NCBI GenBank assembly: GCA_951406725.2
Contig: OX597815.1
Location: 60,884,001 to 60,948,000 of the forward strand
DNA length: 64,000 nt
Source of the DNA: Octopus vulgaris
Taxonomy: Eukaryota
Direction of reading: 5' to 3'
Shown: positions 1-14,520 of the stretch, in pieces
How positions within the stretch are numbered: the stretch's first letter is position 1
Layout: every line of letters begins with the position of its first letter
Program-made: the position numbers and the translations under genes
The notes under the pieces: model-generated
The model's input: the letters and a program-made list of their open reading frames with translations, nothing else
Databases searched by the model: none
Told to the model about the DNA's origin: nothing

Positions 1-98
1 CGTGTATGTGTTTGTGTTTGCGAGCGTGCATGTGAGTGTGTGTGTATGTGTGTATGTGCGTGTGAGTGTGAGTGAGCATCCTACTCCGTAGGACTCAC

Positions 99-479
99 TT
101 TAGTCTTGGATACATTTCATACCATGTACTTGAATAATATCGATGGTAAAGGCATCAATGCCCCAACTTCTATTTTCGTATTCCGCTGCCTCAAACTTCA
201 AGTACAGCAAAACAGAATTGAAATGAAAGCGAGCTTTTTTATTGACATAGTCCGCACGAGGGCGATCAGGCACGAAAATTTCAAACAAAGAAAATGATGG
301 AGCCTGTAGGCGGTGGCCAAATTACCAGCAAGAGTCACGAGCCTGACACGGTCGAAAGCTTTACTGAAGCCAACAGTAATGGCACTGCGTTCGGAAGAGC
401 GGGAAATAAGTAGCGCATGATAATAGAGAGACAGTCACCGATAAGCTTGAAGTCTATGGAAATGGTTCTGCTTTTTAAT
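99..479 (-). other. candidate exon (mostly 5'UTR, possibly ending in a start M-Y-P-R-L) of a gene continuing left of the window
   Basis: Unique non-repetitive sequence bounded on the minus strand by acceptor tttctgtttAG (480-481) and donor GTGAGT (98-93). All three frames have stops, but an ATG at 115 stays open to the donor. Confidence 0.35.
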
Positions 480-623
480 CTAAACAGAAAGTGATCTGTG
501 GTAATTGCAATAGATGTTGGTGTGTAAGTTTTTAGTATGTCTGACAGTTTGTCTATCTGCCTGATCCTACCTATATATATGTGTGTGTGTGTAATATATG
601 TACACACATACAGGCACATACCT

Positions 624-658
<35 letters not shown>

Positions 659-778
659 CACATACATATAATCATACATCGGCGAATGAATCCATGTAGC
701 TAAATAAATACCTGCTTACACCCATATAGTAACATGTACAGGCACATACACACAAGAGACATTTACACACATATATAT

Positions 779-834
<56 letters not shown>

Positions 835-857
835 ACAGGTAAATACACATAACACAC

Positions 858-894
<37 letters not shown>

Positions 895-951
895 TATACA
901 TATATATATATACATATATATATACATATATATATATACATATATATATGC

Positions 952-997
<46 letters not shown>

Positions 998-1154
998 CTT
1001 TATTTCTATATGTTTATAATGCACACAGTCACACATGGACACAAAAACGTGCATACATGTCTATGTATATACACACAATTTTATATACTCCCACAAACTA
1101 ATAATCATGAGATCGATATATATATCCATTAACATTATTGCCTTCATGTCGCTT

Positions 1155-1272
1155 ATCCGGTTCCGGTGGCAGCTGATGTGACGTCATACTTTCTTTAGAA
1201 AGGATATACAAGAATGGCTTCCGGTTTCCGTCATGTGTACATAATGTTGGAGGTTATTAACTGCGGAAGTGG
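1155..1272. promoter_or_regulatory. promoter/enhancer-like motif cluster
   Basis: Perfect CRE TGACGTCA (1179-1186), E-box CAGCTG (1170-1175), ETS-type TTCCGG/CGGAAG motifs (1161, 1219, 1264) in a unique CpG-containing island. Confidence 0.4.
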
Positions 1273-1714
1273 ATGTTGTGATGTTGATGCTTTGGCCAAC
1301 TATATATTAGAAGTAAAATGGAATAAAATCAAGGAAATCCTGAATCGAGTCATACGACCTCAGTTGGTCTCTCACACACACACTAATACGCATACACACT
1401 GCGCACACACACACAGACGTACGCGTACACAAATATGAATCTGTGTATATATAAATGTGGGGGGATGTACACATACATTGCTTCCAATAGGAAAATCATG
1501 TTATGGACGTGCTGTGTCCAAAAACACAATATACATGGAAAGGATCCCATAGCAAGAATACTAGATGTAGTTCGGTCTCGTTGCACCAAGTCAATGGCGT
1601 GTTTTCACAGCCAGCCACATGCTTTGGACCAGTGAGTTGGACATCGTCTGACATTCTGGCTAGCCGTTGCTTTCAAGATTTGCGTCGCCTTCCCACATAT
1701 TCTTCTATTTTTTT

Positions 1715-2135
1715 ATTCTTTTACTTGTTTCAGTCATTTGACTGCAGCCATGCTGGGGTACCGCCTTGAAGGGTTTGAGTCAAACAAATTAACCCCAGGA
1801 CTTCTTTTGAAGCTTAGCACTTATTGCACCGGTCTCTTTTGCTGAACCGCTAAGTTACGGGGAAGTAAACACACCAACACCGGTTGTCAAGCGGTGATGG
1901 AGTAGAAACACACACACACAAATACGCGCGCGCGCACACACATATACACACACATACACACACACATATATACGACAGGCTTCTTTCAGTTTGCGTCTAC
2001 CATATCTACTCACAAGGCTTTTGTCGTACCGAGGCTACGATAGAAAATACTTGCCAAAAGTTCAACGCAGTGGGACTGAACCCAGAGCCATGTGATTGGG
2101 AAGCAAGCTCCTTGCCACACAGTCACATCTGCGTC
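1715..2135 (-). mobile_element. octopus-type tRNA-derived SINE with internal (TG)/(TA) microsatellite
   Basis: Minus strand reads tRNA-like head (ggttcagtcccactgcg B-box), then microsatellite, then body ending cagtcaaatgactgaaacaagtaaaa. Other copies occur in the window. Confidence 0.85.
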
Positions 2136-2198
2136 TATATTGTGTTTTTAAACACATCCGTAACAGGTGCTATCTTTCGATGAATCCGGTTATTAATT

Positions 2199-2241
<43 letters not shown>

Positions 2242-2299
2242 TGAAGTTACACTTTATTATCCATGTAATGTTTATTTTCAAGTCTATATTTCGAAACCT

Positions 2300-3110
2300 G
2301 GTCTTATTTATGTTGTTTTGCTTGCACCAGATAACATTAACATGAGGGAAAACTGTTATTACTTCAAACAGTTATATTGATATAATATCAGTGGTGTTCA
2401 TCCTGAACGTTTTATAATAAAGAAGAGGGTTAAATTTTACTTACCTTGCATCATAAGGGATCGGTTGGACCTATTCTCTGAGCGCTCAAATTTACTGATT
2501 TTCCACAATATGTAGATCACATTTTCTCTTGATACTCTTTTATGATTGATTGTGAGGTAATTGTTGATATGCAGGATATCGTATTGCTGCACTTGTAATC
2601 TGCTGATGATATGCACTTATAACTGGTTGTACATTTACTTTTTTGTACAAGGTTGTTACTGTTGACCATACAGCTTTTATGATTGATGGGCAAATACGTT
2701 CTTGTTTAATGAAAAGATATTTCTAGCTATGTTGTACACCAGATTTATTCTAAAGATCTAGTTAAACTAACTTCTTTCTCTTTTCTTTATTCTATAATTT
2801 TCTCTACCTTTTGGGGGGTGTTTTCTAATTTCTCTGATTTTTTTTATGAGGATAACTTGAAATAAGTATCTTTGTCGGAAGATAGCTATTCTTCTGCTAA
2901 TATTTTAACTAAATTTTCTAACACACCTGGTGAGTAAATAGAATCTGTTTTAGACAGTAATGGGCTGTCGTGTGTCTTTATAGAATTGCATTACATGCTG
3001 GTAATTAATTTCAATGTGATACCTAACTAGATGGATATCTTGTCAGCTAGACCTTTAATTCTAAAGTTGAATTCGCTAAATGTATGTGTTAGTACCGTAC
3101 CGGACTTGTT
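2300..3110 (-). pseudogene. highly degraded Penelope-like (Hydra-type) fragment
   Basis: Minus-strand remnant ENLVKNISRRI resembles KNLV*NISKRISSLSS of the 17.5-kb PLE; flanked by (TA)n. Confidence 0.4.
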
Positions 3111-3119
3111 GAAAAAAAC

Positions 3120-3169
<50 letters not shown>

Positions 3170-3185
3170 ATATATATATATATAC

Positions 3186-3483
3186 TTTATAATTAGGGTT
3201 CAGCAGAGATTTGCTTCACCACGTACCGAAGTTTAGAAATAGCAGTCAAAAAATCTTAGCTATTCTTTCTACTTTAAAAGGGGCTCCCAGAAAAACCAAA
3301 GTTCTTGAAAACAATCCACGCAGGCAAAAGGGAAAAATAACGAAAATCAATCGGTATTAGGTTATCCACGTACGCGCGTTTCGGAATTAGATCGGTATAA
3401 AGAATAAATAGCTATACCTTACCCGATCATTTTCGGCTCATCAGCGTAGGATTCCAGATAACAAACTACTGTTTCTCTCTGTA

Positions 3484-3485
<2 letters not shown>
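3186..3485 (-). mobile_element. non-coding HHR-bearing element in (TA)n, sharing its 3' terminal segment with the 560-bp family
   Basis: 3186-3280 aligns by eye with 21355-21460 and 27381-27485; contains an HHR. Confidence 0.7.
3364..3452 (-). ncRNA. type I hammerhead ribozyme
   Basis: cuacg-CUGAUGA-long stem II (gaucgg...ccgauc)-GAAA-CGCGCG-UA-cgugg: paired stem I, palindromic stem III. Confidence 0.85.
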
Positions 3486-3538
<53 letters not shown>

Positions 3539-3566
3539 CATATATACATATATACATATATATTAA

Positions 3567-3780
3567 CACGAGCATAAGGATGCGCGAAGCATCAACCTGT
3601 TTAGGAATAGGAGTTAAAGTCCCAATTTAACCGTCTAAAAAATGCCACAATAATGTTATTTTCTTAATTCTTTATCCGTTATCTCGTATACTGTTAGTTT
3701 TTATTACGTTTTTTTTTTAGGTGGCTGAATCGAGACTATTTCTAAACAGGTTGATGCTTCGCGCATCCTTATGCTTCGTG
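3567..3780. repeat. about 215-bp foldback element with about 44-bp inverted arms
   Basis: cacgagcataaggatgcgcgaagcatcaacctgtttaggaatag (3567-3610) is the near-perfect reverse complement of 3736-3780. Confidence 0.85.
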
Positions 3781-3833
3781 CTAATTTAAAATGTTATAGT
3801 TATATAATGCTAAACATACATACATATATATAT

Positions 3834-3936
<103 letters not shown>

Positions 3937-3941
3937 TACAG

Positions 3942-4550
3942 CTATGATCACCAGCCAGTGTCAAATTAATCACAGAACATGAGGTGATCCAACGAAGCTA
4001 CACGAAGAAGATAGCCTCTGTGCAGCATATAAGCTATTAGGAAAGACTAAAGAGATTAAGACTCTATTCCTTAGAGCGTAGGCGAGAAAGATATGCCATA
4101 ATATACATCTGGAAGATCCTGGAAGGACTTGTCCAACCTTTGGCATCGAGAGTTACACAAATACTAGAACTGGGCGCCACTGCATAGTGCCAAGGACTCC
4201 AAATTTGCCATCAAGATGTAGGACAAGATACTGTGATAGCCTGGGCTTCAGAGGTTCACAGCTCTTCAATATCCTTCCGAAGGACCTGAGAGACCTGCAT
4301 GGGGTGGATGCAGATGTCTTTAAAATAAAGCTGGACCTCTTCCTGTCAGGTGTCCCAGATGAACCAACTTCACGGCAGGAGATGCAGATGAAGGCAGCTG
4401 TATCAAACTCTCTCATGCACCAAATGTCAAATGCTAAAAAGCATTCGTGAAGTAAAATCATGTAGCAAGACCGAATGGTGGTGCCCCAGCATGGCCACAG
4501 CTCGTGAGCTGAAACTAGATAAAATAAAATAAAATAAAAAAATAAAAAAT
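3942..4550 (+). mobile_element. CR1-group LINE 3' fragment
   Basis: Reads ERLKRLRLYSLERRRERY...GSQLFNILPKDLRDL..FKIKLDLFL..VPDEP, followed by an (ataaa)n tail. Confidence 0.85.
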
Positions 4551-4582
4551 GATGCATGCATACATACATATACATACATACA

Positions 4583-4646
<64 letters not shown>

Positions 4647-4648
<2 letters not shown>

Positions 4649-6030
4649 TGAGAAAGTTGGTGTGTGAAAGCACGTTGTTGAATATATAAAAAATAGTAAA
4701 AATGGAAAAAACTACAGAAGACTTGTTTTAAAAGGTTAAAAAATATATATTTGAGTCATTATGTCAGAAGAATGTTATAAATTTTTTTTCATACAGTGAC
4801 ATAGTTTTTGAAGAAATTACCGGTTTCGTGTTAACTTTTCAAATTTCTCAAAACATTGTGTTATGATTTCGTTAAGAAGTGTAAAGGAGAGTTCCAGGTA
4901 AGGGGAGGTAATAAGTGATTTCTTCCGGTGTAAGGGAGATAATCGCTTTATATTTCTTGCCTTTTTTATTTTTACTTAATGGGGTGAATTTCTCTGTATA
5001 AGAATGTTAGAGTGGTTAAGTTTGGGCTTATATTTTTCCATGAAGAATGTTTCCTTGTTTAGTCTAATTTGTGTTGGTGTTCCAATAGCACATTGATAAA
5101 ATGGAAAGATTAAAAATTTTGGTAGTAGTTGCTTTGCGCATTTCTCAATATGCTCACTAAAGGGTATCATTCTGTATTCTGGGAATGCAATCTGTTGTCG
5201 ATGCAGTGTGCATCTACGTCTGAGTGATAGTCCCGTGGACCCACGTAGTTTTGGTGGCAGCCCGAGCATCTTATGACATAAATTATGTTTTCAGAGGCAC
5301 AAGTAAAATTAAATTTGATCTTGAATTTTTGTCCCTCTTTGAAGAGGAATTCTGATCCTTCTATAAGGTTTGGGCATGTTGCACAGTTTGGTCTACCACA
5401 TTTTTTTACTTTTGCATCCGTAATTTCAGAAAGCAATTTTGCCTTTGTGAGAATCTTTTTAAGTGGTTTAGGTTGTAGCTTTTAATGATTTTATGTATGT
5501 TTAGAATTTCCTTTAATTTGGGGTCCTTATGAAGTATTGGTAAATTCTGGGTGATGATGGTGAAGGCTTCTTTGTTTCTGGGGTTGTATGTGGATATGTA
5601 AGGCAGTATTTTCGGGGAAGGTGTGTTGTTGTGTTGAACTTTTCTCAAAGTTTCTATGTCGATTTCTGTTGCACGTCTGATCCCATCCTCTATGAGTTGA
5701 GCTGGGTAGTGTCTGTCAATTAGGGTGTTTTTGAGTTCTTGTAGTCTAAAGTTCCTGGTATTTTGTTCTGACACTATTGTGCATATCCTTCTTGCAAGGT
5801 TGAAAGGGATGTTTGTTTTAGTGTTTCTTGGGTGGCATGAATCAAAAAGTAGGTATTGTTTGGCGTCTGTGGCTTTGTAAAAAATATCTGTTTCTATTTT
5901 AAGGTTAATTTTTTTTAAAATTAGTATATCTAAGAATGGGAGCTGCCTTTTGTTGTATTCCATTGTGAACTGTATATTTAGGTTGATGCTGTTCAATAGG
6001 TTTTTGAATTTTAGGAGTTTATCTGTGTTT
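4647..6030 (-). mobile_element. Penelope-like element (Neptune-like) 3' part: RT thumb plus GIY-YIG endonuclease, frameshifted
   Basis: FTME...LPFLDI...YKATD..QYL.FDSCHP, CGRPNCATC linker, FTCASENIIYVIRCSGC..YVG; degenerate HHR (GAAACCGGUA) near 4815-4880. Confidence 0.9.
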
Positions 6031-6355
6031 TCATTCCAGACAACTCATATAAACAAAATTACACCCAACATTTTTTAGCCCGGGACCAGAGACACCAGGA
6101 CACAGACTGGAACCTAGTAATAAGGAAAAACCGAAGATAATCAACCTTTCAACCAAACTTCTATCTAACATAAAAATTGACATCCTCTCAAAAGGGCTCA
6201 AATTTACGCCAACTCCACGCAGAGACAACCTAAATGAAATCAAGGATAATATAACAGAATTTTGCAGAAAATTAAGACTAGCAGAAGCATCAACCAGTTT
6301 CAATATTGAAGATGAATCACTAGTCAAGAACAAAAGTGAACACATCCCCCACAAT
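6031..6355 (+). mobile_element. inverted N-terminal segment of a Penelope-like ORF
   Basis: Plus strand reads KIINLSTKLLSNIKIDILSKGLKFTPTP...ITEFCRKLRL, the conserved PLE N-terminal INLS/KGLxF motif. Confidence 0.8.
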
Positions 6356-6645
6356 TGTTTCACTATCAATAAATTACGTAATTTTACTTACGCAACTTAT
6401 CTGTAGATCGTCAGTGTGATCCTCTTTGCACGATATGATTTGTAGAACTACACGCCAGATATCAACACGAGGTCGAAAATGCATGTAGTTCCACCTATTA
6501 TATTTGCGGTTATTTTTAAAACTCCTTGCTCGCTTACGTTTCTGGTGTGCTAAATTTTCTGGAGAACAATTCTTAGTGGTTGAGACCATAGTGGATCTTC
6601 TTCTAGCGTAAGGGTTTCCACATAGTGGTTCCCACTTATATTTAC

Positions 6646-6708
<63 letters not shown>

Positions 6709-7058
6709 CATGTCATATTTTCCGTTGTCTTTTTATTTAATCCTGAAAATATTATTTATGTAATGCACGCACTCATTAATTATGTGTGTGTGTGTGTGTG
6801 TACATAAGGTAATGTACACATGTACATAATGTAATGTATGTATGTATGTATACATTAGCTCCTCCTTTGCTGAACCTTAGCCCGATCTTCTCTGCATTTT
6901 GTTTCAGTGAAGTTGTCAGCTCCTGCAGACCTGTACTGCTTTCTGCAATTAATTCGATATCATCAGGACATTAAAGATCGTTCAGCTTTGCCTGCCATCT
7001 CTATAGTATTCCATGGTTGTATATGCATACGCATACACACACACGCGCGTGCGCGCGC

Positions 7059-7093
<35 letters not shown>

Positions 7094-7142
7094 GTAGAAA
7101 TATGTCACGAAAAGAAAATATAAAATACACGTGGAAATGTAA

Positions 7143-8135
7143 AGGTAAAATATGAAAAATCAACGAAGATGCATATGGCAGAGAGAAAAAGGCTATTTAT
7201 AACAGGTAGTGTCAAATATATACATTTAGATTGACTGAGGTAGTAATACGAGTCATAAAGGTCATTATTATGAGATGATTATAAGATGATAATAATAATA
7301 AAGTAAGAGAACAAAACGAAACAATTGGTTTACGCGAAGGCCATTCATCGTTTAAACAGCACCGGTTAATATACGGTGTCAGGTCTAATAGTTCCTGGGA
7401 AAAAAGATTATTTGTAAGGGAGGTAAGTAGTTCTGGATTATTTGTAAGGGAGGTAAGTAGTTCTGTGATTAGAGATGTGGGTGATGTAGGTAGTGTATAG
7501 GGTTTAGTGGTTTAAATTGAAGAGTTAGTGGTGTTCTGTATTGAGTTGTGTGTTCATATTTAGTTGGGGGAGAAATTTGTTGATGAAAAATGCCTCTTTA
7601 TTCAACCTTTGTTGCATTGTGGTGTTCTGTGAGCATTGGTAAAAGGGAAATATTGGGAAATTTGGCATTAAGATTCCCGGCACGTCTTTCTATGTGTTCA
7701 CTCACCTTTAACTGTCTGTATTGTGGGTGACGGATTTGCTCTTTTTGAATGGTGATTCTTTGACGGAGCAAAATTCCTGTTTGTCCAATATAGAGTTTAC
7801 CACATCCTAAGCATGTCATGACATAGATTACATTTGCTGAGGCGCAGGTGAAATTTGATTTGATCTTAAATATTTCTCCTTGTTTGAATTAGAATTCTGA
7901 ACCCTCCAGAAGGTGGGGACATGTTCCACAGTTAGAACGACTACATTTTGTCACTTTTGGCTCAGTAGTTAGTAGGTAAAGTCTAGCGCTGGTTAATATT
8001 CTTTTCAGTGACTTCGGTTGCTTTTTGCTTTTTATAATTTTGTATGAGCTTAAAATTTCGTTCATTGTCACTACCTGTCATAAATAGCCTTTTTCGCTCT
8101 GCAATATGCATTTTCGTTGATTTTTCATATTTTAC

Positions 8136-8138
<3 letters not shown>
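7143..8138 (-). mobile_element. 5'-truncated Neptune-like PLE with inverted pLTR ends
   Basis: CSRSNCGTC...MTCLGCGKLYIGQTG (GIY-YIG). 7143-7210 is the reverse complement of 8069-8138. Same family as 26360-27230; flanked by (TA)n. Confidence 0.9.
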
Positions 8139-8189
<51 letters not shown>

Positions 8190-8399
8190 GTGTGTGTGTG
8201 TGTGCATCGAAAGATCTTTGACGAACAAAAGCAAAACAATTGGATATTTAATAAATGTGTGGAACTGAACCAGTGTCTGTTAATTATATTAGCATAATGG
8301 CTCTCCCTTGACACAACAAAATTTGTTTCAACATACGAATTTGCATAAAAATCTTGCAAACCGGATACAAAATTTATATAGCTTTTACATTTTCACCTT

Positions 8400-9545
8400 T
8401 TACCGGTTGCAGCCACAGGCTGAGGTGATGTTGGAGAACCGGTTTTTAGTGTGTTTGGATTTCTTTTCTGCACTGTTTCTGGTGAAGTTGCGAAATAGAC
8501 GGAACGATCTTCTTTGTACCTCCTGCCGCCATGTGGGTTCATCAGGCGTATCAAATAAAAATGTGTCCAAATGCTCTTTGAAGACCTCCATATGCACCTC
8601 GTAAATATTTGAGGTTGTTTGGCAGAATATTGAATAGTTGTGGACCATTGAAACTCTAGCTGCTATAGTACCGATTCCTTATTCTAGATGGAGAAGACGC
8701 GAGTTTTGGTACTATGCAGTGCCGTCCAGTTCAGTGGTCGGTATACCTTTCAGTTGTAAAATTGAGAGACAGACCTCCCAGAATCCTCGATGTGTATATC
8801 ATTGCATATTTTTTACGTCTTCTCTCCAGGGAGTAGAGCTTCAGTTACTTTAGCCTCTCCCAGTAGCTCATCTGTTTCATTGAGTCATTCTTCTCTGTGT
8901 AGTGGGGCTGGATTGCCTCAAGTTCCGCCACCAATTTGATGATCTGCGGTGACCACAACTGGGAATAGTAATGCAGATGACTGAAAACTAATATTCTCCA
9001 TGAAAGTAGCATGGTATTCTTTTTCCTGCTTCTGAATGATCTCAGATCCATCTTGCTACTCAACTGTACAGAGTTGCCATCTTGGTAGCATACACATGAA
9101 GGTTGCACCATTACTCCAGTGGAGTCCCAGACCACGTACCGAATCTTACTCTGGGATGGAACTACATCCATAGTCCTGTGCATTTCGATTGCAGTCTCTG
9201 TCTGTGGGCCGATAATAGAGTGCTGGAAGCTTCTCAGCATTGAACAGCATGTTATTTTCATCAGCTTATTTGTATATTGTATCCTGTTGTTTCTGTCATT
9301 GGGTACCTTGACTGCCTGTCATACTTTTGTATCCTCAGCATAACTGATGAGAGTTGCTGACTGTATGGCTGATGGTATATCTGAGAAAACACCACAAACA
9401 GTAGTTGTCCCAGCACAGTTCCTTGAGGAAGTCCACTTCGAATTGAAGTCTCCCAAGAGAGTGCACCATTAGCTGCAACTGTGTAACTTCTACCTTTTAC
9501 AAAAATCATTAAGCTACTCTCCTAATTATCCACAGGTGCCTTGCT
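8400..9545 (-). mobile_element. degraded CR1-group LINE RT fragment
   Basis: SGLPQGTVLGQLLF, HLHYYSQLWSP, MSYWERLK, FKEHLDTFLFDTPDEPT. Confidence 0.85.
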
Positions 9546-9559
9546 TAAAGGTGAAGTGA

Positions 9560-11070
9560 AAGAGATGGGCTTGCAATGTTAGTATCTTATCTGTTTCCTC
9601 TTTTATGGACAGGGTATATTATACATGCTTTTAACAGTTTGGGAAGTTTACCACATGCAAGGAAACACTGAAAAAGTATCTCTAGTGGCTTTGCGAGAGC
9701 TCTCGTGCGTATCAAAGAAATCGATCTAAGCTCGTTGCTGAGTTCTAGTTTATCTTATCGATGGCCGATATTGCATCTGTCAATGTAACCAATAGTTACT
9801 TCTTTTCCATGTAGATCTGCGGTTAATAATCTATCTTTCTCTTTTATGACGATCTAATCGATGGTTGCTTCTTTCGCTTGCAGATATGTCGAAAAGCTCA
9901 TCAGGTTGGCTTATTTGCATATTTCCCAGTAGGCAAATACACACTGGAATTGTTTGTTCAACATTTCACTTGTCCGCATGGGGTCTATAGTTCGTGAGCC
10001 GTTTCTTGAAACAGTAGCCCCGTCCTGTAGTGCACGGCAGATTCTTTTGCAGATTTGTAGAAGGCTTTTAGATTAATTTATATATTTCTCACCGCGCTGG
10101 TTTCTCTTTCTACCCTTTTTCTTTTTCATGAGAGAGTCTGAGTTTGTTTTTGATCTTTAAGAGTGCTTCTTTGAGGAGGTATTTCTCGCTGACATTAAGT
10201 TATTTATTTAAACGATTGGAGATCTTTATTCTCCTTCTCATACAGACTCTCCGGTCTCAATGAATGATATTTTTTTATGTAGTGGCTCTCTTCTCTGGGA
10301 CAAATTTAATGCCAATGATCGCATTACTGATATGAATTCTTTATGTTTTTTATTAATGTGTTATATAGAGAAACTTTTAAGCTAATTTTGCTGGATAATC
10401 GATTTTTCAATAGACATCCAGTCAGCCTTGTAGAAGTTGAGACAGGATAGGATTTAGATGCCATCTATGTTGAATACATCTTTAATTAATTATGGACCGT
10501 CAGTTCTAGCCTGTTGTGCTTCAAGAAGATTGCCAGTTATATCTTCTCATTGAAGATAAGTTCCACATTGTTGTTGAAACAGAGTTCTAATTAATATGTT
10601 TCTAGTTGGGGAGAGTATAGTTTGCTCAATACAATAAACACCATTTTCGTTCGTCCAAGTGTGGCCTAATGAGTGTATAGAAGGAGATGAATTCACTTTC
10701 TTCCGCTCTATATGAGCCACAGATCTGGTAAATCCGTTGCTTTTCATGGTCACTGCAATAAGGTTGTTGGGTGTATCATTTTCGGTTATAATCCAAGCCC
10801 AGAGCAACAGTTCTATCAAGGTAGTCTTCCAGTTTCTCGATACCTTTGCTGCACTAGAGGGAGCCACTTCTCTGGTTGCATCATGAAAGCAGCAGGTAGG
10901 ATCAGCAGTACTTTTTAAAATATTGGCTGGGTAATTTCTAGTGAGGAAACTCTACTTCTGAGCTGCTATAATTAAGTCCTCTGTTTCTGATTTGAGCCCA
11001 GATGTAGCCAACCATTCATGGGTCGTATTTGTATTTACACAGGATCGCCTGGCCCTTATAAAGTATTTAC
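9560..11070 (-). mobile_element. highly degraded LINE (endonuclease-RT linker region)
   Basis: Minus-strand remnant LNFYKADW..IEKSIIQQN near 10380-10450; many stops. Confidence 0.45.
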
Positions 11071-11194
11071 CATGTAATGTCATACTTTCCTATGTATTTC
11101 GCAGCACTGAGATTCCATTTAATTTGGCTTGTGTTTTTATGTTTTCTTATCATAGTGGGTTCTACTGTTTTATTATTATTATTATTATTGTTAT

Positions 11195-12356
<1,162 letters not shown>

Positions 12357-12879
12357 CATTACAGTGCTGTCAAAATATCTTTACTTTCAATTTATACATG
12401 ATAGCACCATTAGTTGGTATTAAATGCAATTATTATATTTGACCATTGTATTTTCAATCGCCATTTGTCGATCTCTCAGTTCCCTGCTCTTCAAATTATG
12501 TATTGTGATTCGACTGGACTCTCTCCTGCAAATTTGTGTTTTTATATTAATATTATAAGGAATTATTGATATGCTAAAATAATAAAACTTGGTAAATGTA
12601 AAGGTTTGTACTTCGTTAACACCCTTTATGTTTTATTTCCGTAGGCGATAAACGAAAGTAGAAGTGAAATATTGGTGACAAATTAAGTGCCTATAGTTAT
12701 CCTTATGGTAATAGTAGTAGTAGTGGTTATGGTGGTAGCGATAGAAGTGCTAGTAGTAGAGGAGGTTATGGTGGTAGTGGTTATGATATTGATAGTTATA
12801 GTAGTAGTGGTGATAGTGCTGGTTTTCGATTTGGTTTTCATTTTATCATTAAAATTATGAATCTTTAGAAAGAACAATG

Positions 12880-13075
12880 GTTGGTAGAGTGGTCAGTGCG
12901 TCAAAGAAAATACATTGCGGTATTTAATAACAGTTTTTACACTCTTTGTTCAAATCCCACCAAGATCGACTTTGTCTTTCATACTTTTGGGGTCGATAAA
13001 ATAATGTACTATACCAGTTATGTACTTGGTTCGATATAATCGCGAGTCATCTACCGCCAACATAGTTCTGATTTT
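12880..13075 (+). mobile_element. degraded SINE (second tRNA-derived family)
   Basis: Similar to 28316-28520 (ttcaaatcc..gatcgactttg..ggggtcgataaaata). Confidence 0.6.
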
Positions 13076-13866
13076 GAGCCTCTGCTAAAGATAACTGTGA
13101 GATTTTATCTTGTTTAAAGCTGGTAGTTTGGAGGAATTCTTCAGGATTGAACTCAGAACGTAATGAGGTGCATAGGTACTTATACTGATAGGATAAACTA
13201 GCAAAATAATAACAATAGGAACTACTTAGTCTGGCAGACATCAATGATTCCGACACCTTGGAATGATTTTAAAGTGAAATTCTTTGTTAAAGTGCAACAA
13301 CATCGTCTTTTATTGTCAAATAACATTTGTATCTAGTGTCCAACATATCTTGCACTACTCACAGGCAGAGACAGAGTCACAGATAGACACAAACGCATAA
13401 ACACATGCGCACATATATCTAGGGAAGAACATACCTCTCCCTATACACAGTCATTCAAGACACACACACATGCACACAAACACACACGCACACATACACA
13501 CACACAAACATATACATACATATATATCTGAGATAGAATAGTTTTTTTTCTACATAGTGTTTCACATACACAGAAACACATACACACAAAAATCACGCAC
13601 ACGAACAAACACAAACACATATACCACTCACAGACACATGCACACGCCACGTCCATACAAACACACTAGCACAAACACAAATATACCCACAAGCACCTAC
13701 ACACACGACCGAATACAGACAAACACACACGCTCTCTCACAACACACACAAACACATTCACACACACGTGGTAATGAAAAAATCGTTTGCCAAGGAGATA
13801 ATTTTACACTTAAAAAGTGACAAATACTGAAACAACATCGAGTTAACCATTTAACCACCTCTCTAT

Positions 13867-13905
<39 letters not shown>

Positions 13906-14294
13906 CACACACACTCACACACAATACACACACCGGCCAAAATCGATGTATTCAGTGAAGTTGGACAACTTCCAAAATCTATAAGCACAGACCTCCCACT
14001 CCACCTCTTTTCTTTCGTGCTTTAAGCAGAAGGTTATACATTTTTGTGGCAAGTTCAACCAACACTCATCACTTGAATGCTGCATTATGTTATCAGCCTC
14101 AGAAGAAGTTGAAAGACGAAGTTAACTTTGGCAACATATGAGCTGAAGGCATAAAGGGACGACACTCAATACCAAAAAACATTTTACTTTTCAATTTCCT
14201 CCTTGTTTCAACTAATTCTTTCTAATTTAAGCTTAGCGGGTCCGAAAGGGTGAAAAGCAAAGTTTCCCCCGGCAATAAAGAGCCGAAAGAAATA

Positions 14295-14520
14295 CAGGTT
14301 TCAAATTTTGGTACAAGGCCAACATTTTCAGAAAAGGGGGGGAAAATCGATTCCGTCGACCCCCAGTAATCGACTGGCACGTATTTTATCGACCCCGAAA
14401 GGATGGAAGGCACAGTCGACTTGCCGGAATTTCAACTCCGAACGTATAGACGGACGAAATTCCGCTAAGCGTTTTTCCCGATGTGGTAATGGTGGGGTTC
14501 TACCAGCACGCCGCCTTAAA
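14295..14520 (-). mobile_element. SINE (second tRNA-derived family)
   Basis: Reverse complement matches 28316-28520 (ggcggcgtgctggtagaa...ggggtcgataaaata...ccaaaatttgaaac). Confidence 0.75.

Noticed and set aside
6374-6630. Short minus-strand ORF (METLTLEERSTMV...)
   Set aside because: Possibly a Tc1/mariner N-terminal relic, but the similarity is too weak to call.
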